Under the pieces are notes generated by a model that made no database searches, had not been told where the DNA came from, and saw only the letters and a program-made list of their open reading frames with translations. The position numbers were made by a program, and so were the translations under genes. A stretch of 32,000 nt of DNA from Aquifex aeolicus VF5 (GTDB lineage Bacteria > Aquificota > Aquificia > Aquificales > Aquificaceae): contig NC_000918.1 of the NCBI RefSeq assembly GCF_000008625.1, forward strand, positions 960,001-992,000. Reading direction: 5' to 3'. Numbering within the stretch: the stretch's first letter is position 1; each line of letters starts with the position of its first letter. Shown here one piece after another: positions 27,303 through 32,000 of this stretch.

Positions 27303-28224
27303 AGAGTTCCGCCTTCCCTTGGCTTCCGTAAAGCCTTATCCTTTTCTTTACAATATTTTTTACCTCTTCCATGGCGGGTTTTAAGAACTTCCTCGGGTCT
27401 ATTACCTTTTTTTCTAAAGCCATTAATTCCCTCAGCTTTGAGATAAAAGCGAGCCTGAGGTCCGTATCCGTATTTACCTTGTTAATTCCAAGTTCTACGG
27501 CTTTTTTCAATTCTTCGTCCGGAACACCTTTCGCTCCTTTTATATCCCCTCCGTACTTGTTGATTTTTTCCACGTATTCTTCGTAAACGCCGCTCGCCCC
27601 GTGGAGAACCAGGGCAATACCTGTGAGCTCCTTAACCTTTTTTAACCTTTCAAAATCAAGCTTTGGTTCTCCTTTAAATTTAAAAGCCCCGTGAGCCGTT
27701 CCTATCGCGGGAGCCAGAGCGTCAATTCCTGTTCTATCAACAAACTCCTTTGCTTGCTCAGGATCCACCAGAACTTCTTCCCTGCTTACAACTTCGTCCT
27801 CTACACTTACGAGTTTTCCAAGTTCCGCTTCAACGGATATCCCGAGAGCTGCACAAATTGATACGACATATTTCGTTACCTTTAAGTTTTCTTCATAAGA
27901 TTTGTCTGAGTAGTCTATCATCACCGACGTGTAGCCGTGTCTTATGGCGAGTAGGATAGTTTCTACATGTTTCCCGTGGTCTAAGTGAAGTGCAAAGGGA
28001 ATGGAATACTTGTCTTTTACCGCATGTACCATGCCTGCGAGATATTCAATGCCTGCGTACTTTATAGCGCTTTCTGTGGTTTGGATAAATACCGGAGCTT
28101 GTTCTTCTTCAGCAGCGTCCAGAATTGCCTTGAGAAATTCCATATTGTTGAAATTGAAGGCACCTATTGCAAAGTTATACTCGTTTGCTTTTTCAAAAAG
28201 AACTTTTCCACTAACTAAGGGCAT
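27292..28224 (-). CDS. fba: Fructose-1,6-bisphosphate aldolase, class II
   Basis: Class II aldolase motifs LHLDHG, LVLHGASG and INKVNTDTDLR. Confidence 0.9.
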   Translation of the reverse strand: MPLVSGKVLFEKANEYNFAIGAFNFNNMEFLKAILDAAEEEQAPVFIQTTESAIKYAGIEYLAGMVHAVKDKYSIPFALHLDHGKHVETILLAIRHGYTSVMIDYSDKSYEENLKVTKYVVSICAALGISVEAELGKLVSVEDEVVSREEVLVDPEQAKEFVDRTGIDALAPAIGTAHGAFKFKGEPKLDFERLKKVKELTGIALVLHGASGVYEEYVEKINKYGGDIKGAKGVPDEELKKAVELGINKVNTDTDLRLAFISKLRELMALEKKVIDPRKFLKPAMEEVKNIVKKRIRLYGSQGKAELFRV

Positions 28225-28235
28225 AATAATTTATA

Positions 28236-28244
28236 TGGTATAAT
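28236..28244 (+). promoter_or_regulatory. Extended -10 element TGgTATAAT at the start of the fba-CRISPR intergenic region
   Basis: An exact TGnTATAAT match on the + strand, about 275 nt upstream of the first CRISPR repeat. It could drive leader and pre-crRNA transcription. The AT-rich context makes chance matches more likely. Confidence 0.3.
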
Positions 28245-28517
28245 TTTGAATAGCTCCTTAGAGGGCTACAATGCCTCTTGGCTCCTTGGCAATTGAATAA
28301 AGCGGATTGGTCTAATAAGTGATGCTTTGATTGTGTGATGGATTGATATCATGATGCAATAAACTTTAATAGACTGAAAATCAAAGATAAAAATTTTACA
28401 AATGTATGCTCAAGTTTGCAGAACTTGGGGTTAGCGGAAATTAACATTCGTTTCGTGAAGGTTAGGTGTCTAATAAGTTATTGATAAAGCGTTATTTTTC
28501 AGACATAGGCGCGCAGG

Positions 28518-28611
28518 GTTCCTAATGTACCGTGTGGAGTTGAAACTTTTCGTAAGCTCTTGAAGCGCTTGTTTAAGTTCCTGTTCCTAATGTACCGTGT
28601 GGAGTTGAAAC
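28518..28611 (+). CRISPR. Mini CRISPR array: two identical 29-nt repeats and one 36-nt spacer
   Basis: GTTCCTAATGTACCGTGTGGAGTTGAAAC occurs at 28518-28546 and 28583-28611. The spacer is TTTTCGTAAGCTCTTGAAGCGCTTGTTTAAGTTCCT (28547-28582). The repeat ends in GTTGAAAC, which implies + strand transcription. An AT-rich, ORF-free leader lies upstream. Confidence 0.85.
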
Positions 28612-28641
28612 ATAAGTGCCTGCGTGTTTTGAAACTTCGTT

Positions 28642-28650
28642 AATTATAGT
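28642..28650. repeat. Target-site duplication, left copy (AATTATAGT)
   Basis: An identical 9-mer directly abuts both ends of the IS. The right copy is at 29661-29669. Confidence 0.75.
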
Positions 28651-29660
28651 AAGCCCGTTTAAAAAATCTTGACACAGTGGAAGAGAAGAAGTAGAAGGAA
28701 GGGAATGAGAACAAGAAATAACAAGCAATTGATAAAACTGATATTAACCAAAAGCAGGGAAATATGCAATACCATTAGACCAAGTCAGTACAACAAAAGA
28801 GGAAGACCCAGAGTTTACGAAGATCACCTCATAGTAGCAGCACTACTGATTAAGATCTTAGAAAACCTCTCCCTCCGAGATTTAGAAGAAAGACTAAAAG
28901 ACCTATTCCCCAAAGTACCTGACTTTACCACTCTCCACTACAGGTTCAGAAAACTAAACCGGGGCTATCTCAAAGAGCTAATACACAGGACCGCAAAGGA
29001 GATAATGGAAAAGCTTCAGGCAAAAGAGTTTTACTGCCTTATTGCTGACGGAACCGGATTTGGATATGCACAGGCATATGAACTCAAGTGGAAGAAGGGA
29101 AAGGAACTTAGGAATGTAAAATCTCATGTGAAAACAGAAGTTCTTGTAGGAGTTGTAAGAAACAAAGCTATAGTAGTGGATATAAACACAGGCAAATCCT
29201 ATGCAGATGAGAATATGCTGCTAAGATCCATGCTCAAAGAACTTGGCTTTAGAGCGAGGTATTTTCTTGGGGATGCCTACTATGGGAAGTCTGCAGGAGT
29301 TTTAGAGGAAATAAAGAAGCTACGGATGGAGTCTATAGTTCCGGTGAGGGATACTGCACATACAAGAGTTAGGAACATGTATAGGCTATGGGCTAAGAGG
29401 AATTATGAGATAAGGAGGAAGGTTTATAGAAAGAACAGGTACAGGGTTGAGCAGGTGATAGGGATAGTTAAGAACAGGTTTGGGGACAGGGACAATGTTT
29501 ATGACTTTGAGATTGCGAGTTTGTATGTTCTAGGGAGGTTTGTTCTTTACAACTTGATCCTTCTTCTGAAGCTCCTTTTATTGTGTCTTAACCTTTTGAG
29601 GATTACATGGGCTTCCTCTCGCTTTATTCTCTAAGTCATGACGATTTTTTCAACAGGCTC
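28651..29660 (+). mobile_element. Insertion sequence, 1010 bp, IS5-family IS903-group-like
   Basis: 18-bp terminal inverted repeats: AAGCCCGTTTAAAAAATC (28651-28668) and GATTTTTTCAACAGGCTC (29643-29660). They match at 15 of 18 positions. The element has a single DDE transposase ORF and is flanked by the 9-bp direct repeat AATTATAGT. Confidence 0.82.
28705..29634 (+). CDS. DDE transposase (IS4/IS5 superfamily)
   Basis: It has candidate acidic catalytic residues in LIADGTGFG and LGDAYYG and the C-terminal R-x3-E-x6-K signature (RYRVEQVIGIVK). ATG 28705 is preceded by SD AGGAAGG. The listed TTG start at 28669 abuts the IR and is less likely. Confidence 0.85.
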   Translation: MRTRNNKQLIKLILTKSREICNTIRPSQYNKRGRPRVYEDHLIVAALLIKILENLSLRDLEERLKDLFPKVPDFTTLHYRFRKLNRGYLKELIHRTAKEIMEKLQAKEFYCLIADGTGFGYAQAYELKWKKGKELRNVKSHVKTEVLVGVVRNKAIVVDINTGKSYADENMLLRSMLKELGFRARYFLGDAYYGKSAGVLEEIKKLRMESIVPVRDTAHTRVRNMYRLWAKRNYEIRRKVYRKNRYRVEQVIGIVKNRFGDRDNVYDFEIASLYVLGRFVLYNLILLLKLLLLCLNLLRITWASSRFIL

Positions 29661-29669
29661 AATTATAGT
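29661..29669. repeat. Target-site duplication, right copy (AATTATAGT)
   Basis: Identical to 28642-28650. Its last T is also the first T of the TTGACA -35 hexamer. Confidence 0.75.
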
Positions 29670-29696
29670 TGACATTTCTAAAAACTTTTTTATAAT
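29669..29696 (+). promoter_or_regulatory. Consensus sigma70-type promoter TTGACA-N16-TATAAT
   Basis: TTGACA at 29669-29674 and TATAAT at 29691-29696, both perfect hexamers, with a 16-nt T/A-rich spacer. It faces the AEC transporter gene across a leader of about 135 nt. Confidence 0.55.
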
Positions 29697-29719
29697 AAGA
29701 AATGCACACAATTAGAAAA

Positions 29720-29769
29720 GGAGGCAGGAAGGGAGCTTTTCTATTGTTGGAAACTCCCTCCCTCCCCCT
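29720..29769 (+). other. Purine-arm / pyrimidine-arm imperfect hairpin (candidate structured RNA or leader element)
   Basis: GGAGGCAGGAAGGGAG (29720-29735) pairs with CTCCCTCCCTCCCCCT (29754-29769). By hand pairing, 12 Watson-Crick pairs plus 1 G-U out of 16 positions. The loop is 18 nt. The 5' arm contains an SD-like AAGGAGG with no start codon behind it. Confidence 0.4.
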
Positions 29770-29777
29770 CCCTCCCC
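29756..29777 (-). repeat. G-quadruplex motif on the - strand (i-motif tract on the + strand)
   Basis: The + strand reads CCC-T-CCC-T-CCCCC-T-CCC-T-CCCC. The - strand therefore reads GGGGAGGGAGGGGGAGGGAGGG, five G-runs of at least 3 separated by single-nucleotide loops. Confidence 0.6.
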
Positions 29778-29788
29778 TATAGTTTTTT

Positions 29789-29808
29789 GGCCCTCCGCCC
29801 GGAGGGCC
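29789..29808 (+). terminator. Perfect 8-bp GC hairpin GGCCCTCC-gccc-GGAGGGCC (attenuator or terminator-like)
   Basis: Read directly. It is preceded by TTTTTT and followed by CTTTCT. The downstream U-tract is weak, so terminator function is uncertain. It lies 31 nt upstream of the AEC transporter ATG. Confidence 0.3.
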
Positions 29809-29838
29809 CTTTCTAAAGCAAGTGGTAAAATCTCCTTC

Positions 29839-30717
29839 ATGTTCATTTACGAGAAAGTTTTCTTTATACTTCTCATAATAGCCTTTGCATATACTCTCAA
29901 GAGGGGAGGTATATTTAAAGAAGAACACGCACTTCCGTTCATAAATTACGTTATTTACTTTGCCCTTCCCTTTACAATTTTCAAAAATCTCAGGTTTTTA
30001 GAAATAGGAAAGGAAGTGCTCGGCGTGGTTTTAATCGCTTGGGGAGCTATATTTCTTTCCATTTTATTTGCCTTTCTCTTCGGAAAATTCTTAAAACTTG
30101 AAGAAAAAACTCTGAGGGCTTTTTTACTTGTTTCTTCGTTCGGAAATACAGCCTTTATGGGATATCCCTTTTTGTACGCTCTGGAAGGGAATGAAGGTTT
30201 GAAGTACGCCATTTTATACGACCAATTAGGTTCATTCTTAATGGTAATTACCTTAGGACTGTTTTTAGCGATAGGCAAATTTGATCTCAAGGAATTAATT
30301 CTTTTTCCGCCTTTTATAGCTTTAGTATTGTCTTTTTTACTTCACGGGGTTCGTTTTCCGCAGTTTTTTGAGCATTCCGTGGAAATAATTTCCGGTTCGC
30401 TTATCCCGGTTATACTCTTTTCTCTGGGACTTCGTTTAAATTTCACAGATATGAAGTCGGATTACAGAACACTTTTTTCCGCACTCTTTATAAAAATGTT
30501 CTTAGTTCCTCTGTTAATTTTAGTTTTTTTAAAAATTTTTGGACTCACTTCCTTGCCATATAGAGTGGCTTTAATCGAAAGTGCTATGCCCCCGATGGTA
30601 TTTGCTGGCGTACTCGCTTTAAAATACGAACTGGACTTCAGACTTGCTTTTTCCGCAATAACACTGGGTATTGTCATCAGTTTATTTACAGTTCCTGTGT
30701 TTAGGATCTTACTCTAA
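29839..30717 (+). CDS. AEC-family (auxin efflux carrier-like) membrane transporter
   Basis: 292 aa with about 9-10 TM segments. It shows the two-halves pattern of Mem_trans family proteins, and the N-terminus resembles the family (IAFAYTLKRGGIFKEEH...INYVIYFALPFTIF). There is no obvious SD. Confidence 0.8.
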   Translation: MFIYEKVFFILLIIAFAYTLKRGGIFKEEHALPFINYVIYFALPFTIFKNLRFLEIGKEVLGVVLIAWGAIFLSILFAFLFGKFLKLEEKTLRAFLLVSSFGNTAFMGYPFLYALEGNEGLKYAILYDQLGSFLMVITLGLFLAIGKFDLKELILFPPFIALVLSFLLHGVRFPQFFEHSVEIISGSLIPVILFSLGLRLNFTDMKSDYRTLFSALFIKMFLVPLLILVFLKIFGLTSLPYRVALIESAMPPMVFAGVLALKYELDFRLAFSAITLGIVISLFTVPVFRILL

Positions 30718-32000
30718 TCTTTCTTTGCATTCTGTACATTTCTATAATTTCCTGTTCGGTGGTTGCGTCTTCCGGTCTTTTGTCGAACCTGTACCTTCCG
30801 GTAAACCTCGGAAATCTCAGCCCAATTCCCCTGTTCGGAGAGACTTTTCCCCACCCGCACGTGTGAACAGGACTCAAAGTAAGTTCAGCTCCCGTTATTT
30901 CAAGAACCAGATAGGGTTCAAACCACATGTCCGCTTCGAGAATTGAATTTACCCTCGGGTGTCTGTGGTTCAGTTTCCTCGGCATGAGTATCTCTTCAAG
31001 TTTCTTGAAGTCGTCTTCGGTAAATCCCGTTCCCACTTTAGTCACTGTTTTAAACATGTCACTTTCAGGGTCGTAGCACGCCATCAAGAGAGAACCGAAC
31101 GTTCCCTTCCTCTGTCCTTTTCCGTAAAAACCGCCCACGACCACAAGGTCAAGCGTGTCCGCAAGTACCGACTTGTAGTCTCTCTTGTACTTAATCCAGA
31201 GAAAGCCTCTCTTTCCCGCCTGGTATATGGAGTTGGGAGCAAGCGACTTACAAACTAGCCCCTCACATCCCTCTTCTATTGCCTGATAAAAGAAGTTTTC
31301 AAGATCCTCCACGTTGTCCACTATCTTTCTAGGAACGAGGCCTATACGGTCCGTCCTCTTTACGACTTTTTCTAAGATTTCCCTCCTCTCGGGGTAGGGC
31401 TTCAGGGTTAGGTCCTCACCGTCAAGGTATATGATGTCAAAGAGAAAGCCTGCAACGGGGTATTTCGTGATGTGGTACTTCGTTACGTACTTTACTTTTC
31501 TATGCATAAGTTCCTGAAAGGGTCTTATCTCACCACTTGCGGGGTCTATAACAACCGCTTCCAGTTCAACTATAAAGTCGTGGGGTATTGCTTCTTTTAA
31601 AAACTCTATAAGATCCGGGTACTGGTGAGTTATATTCTCAAGTCTCCTTGAAAAGAGATAAAACTCATCTCCCTTTCTGTGGGCTTGAATTCTCTCCCCG
31701 TCGTACTTGTACTCCGCTCCGCACTTTCCCCCGAGCTTTCTGAGGATGAGTATGGGACTGCTCATACGTTCTGCGAGCATGGGTCTTACGGGTCTTCCCA
31801 CCTGTATCTTTACCTGTTTTACCCCTTCCAGTCCTTTCTCCGCGAGGATTTTTGCCACGTAGCCGAGATCAGAAGTCAAGTTGTAGGCCCTCTCCACCAC
31901 TTCCCTGTTTACAGAACTTCCCGTAAAGGCTATGGAAAGAGCCTCCAGTATGGTGTTGTCCCCTATTCCGAGTCTCAGCCTTTCCGTTATCGTTCTCAAA
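30701..32000 (-). CDS. lig: ATP-dependent DNA ligase, archaeal/eukaryal type (N-terminus outside the window)
   Basis: Adenylation motif I AEYKYDGER, motif IV EGLVCK, motif V LWIKYKRDY, and a C-terminal OB-fold region. The frame is open to the window edge. Confidence 0.9.
   Translation of the reverse strand, partial: LRTITERLRLGIGDNTILEALSIAFTGSSVNREVVERAYNLTSDLGYVAKILAEKGLEGVKQVKIQVGRPVRPMLAERMSSPILILRKLGGKCGAEYKYDGERIQAHRKGDEFYLFSRRLENITHQYPDLIEFLKEAIPHDFIVELEAVVIDPASGEIRPFQELMHRKVKYVTKYHITKYPVAGFLFDIIYLDGEDLTLKPYPERREILEKVVKRTDRIGLVPRKIVDNVEDLENFFYQAIEEGCEGLVCKSLAPNSIYQAGKRGFLWIKYKRDYKSVLADTLDLVVVGGFYGKGQRKGTFGSLLMACYDPESDMFKTVTKVGTGFTEDDFKKLEEILMPRKLNHRHPRVNSILEADMWFEPYLVLEITGAELTLSPVHTCGWGKVSPNRGIGLRFPRFTGRYRFDKRPEDATTEQEIIEMYRMQRKIRVRS

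Noticed and set aside
28225-28260. Leaderless fba mRNA. A TATAAA on the - strand ends 5 nt before the fba ATG, and there is no SD within 15 nt.
   Set aside because: No convincing -35 or extended -10 accompanies it. The AT-rich context gives many TATA-like hexamers. This is only a note for TSS mapping, not a supported feature.
28309-28479. An 11-bp direct repeat GTCTAATAAGT occurring twice in the CRISPR leader (about 28310 and 28467).
   Set aside because: It is a short AT-rich match in an AT-rich region. The flanks diverge immediately. It is plausibly chance, and no function can be argued from sequence alone.
28612-28641. A possible third, degenerate CRISPR repeat after repeat 2. This would be either GTGTTTTGAAAC ending at 28635, or GTT... 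starting at 28639 and continuing across the IS insertion site to ...CTAAAAAC.
   Set aside because: Hand alignment gives only about 11-13 matches. The implied spacer lengths (0 or 27 nt) do not fit the 36-nt spacer. The evidence is too weak to call, although an IS-disrupted terminal repeat cannot be excluded.
29789-29808. The GC hairpin as a terminator for a - strand transcript.
   Set aside because: On the - strand the hairpin is followed by AAAAAA rather than a U-tract, and no - strand gene ends nearby.
29713-29815. Identity of the GC-rich island with a known housekeeping RNA (SRP/4.5S, 6S, tmRNA or RNase P fragments).
   Set aside because: The CAGGAAGGGAGC segment superficially recalls the SRP domain IV GGAA-loop region. 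However, the required symmetric and asymmetric loop motifs and helix closing are absent, and the length and architecture fit none of these RNAs. I left it as an unclassified candidate.
29659-29928. 89-aa ORF on the - strand spanning the structured intergenic region and the 5' end of the AEC transporter.
   Set aside because: Its middle (GPPGGGPKNYRGGRGREG) is just the translation of the G-run tract. It overlaps the transporter start and the promoter and has no SD. The DNA/RNA structural elements explain it better.

Overview
This is a dense, mostly housekeeping chromosomal segment, about 90% coding, from a hyperthermophilic bacterium. I infer an Aquifex-like (Aquificota) origin from three things. 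Proteins are rich in Lys, Glu and Arg with ATA, AGA and AGG codons. The RNA genes are very GC-rich in an AT-leaning background. The 29-nt CRISPR repeat GTTCCTAATGTACCGTGTGGAGTTGAAAC is one I recall from Aquifex; I could not check that here.

Gene content, left to right:
- + strand: membrane-anchored speE (5' partial), phoH and ybeY.
- - strand: lipA.
- + strand: an orphan ORF, then cydAB.
- - strand: efp-accB-oxidoreductase-murC-GNAT, a tightly overlapped string.
- + strand: tRNA-fMet, nnr, tRNA-Ser.
- - strand: tagD-like cytidylyltransferase, fused IPCT/DIPPS (di-myo-inositol-phosphate synthesis) and thiE.
- + strand: an orphan ORF coupled to rlpA, then argH.
- + strand: a complex I cluster in the order nuoH-I-J-K-L-M-N-A, followed by a patatin-like lipase.
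- + strand: an arsR / thioredoxin-like / ArsP-type permease operon.
- - strand: fba.
- An accessory patch, then an AEC-family transporter (+) and the 3' part of an archaeal/eukaryal-type ATP-dependent DNA ligase (-).

The accessory patch at about 28.2-29.85 kb holds a two-repeat orphan CRISPR array. It also holds a 1010-bp IS903-like insertion sequence with 18-bp inverted repeats and a 9-bp target duplication. After the IS comes a consensus sigma70-type promoter feeding a GC-rich, highly structured 140-nt leader with a textbook G-quadruplex/i-motif tract.

Most noteworthy:
1. nuoH is split by a frameshift.
2. The nuo cluster lacks nuoB-G and has nuoA last.
3. nuoL shows an abrupt synonymous-codon mosaic.
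4. The CRISPR / IS / promoter / structured-leader patch.
5. The tagD-IPCT/DIPPS pairing, which suggests mixed glycerol/inositol phosphodiester solute synthesis.

I did not find a clear multi-gene novel defence or mobile system. The best candidates for undescribed biology are the structured intergenic element at 29.70-29.82 kb and the two translationally coupled orphan ORFs.
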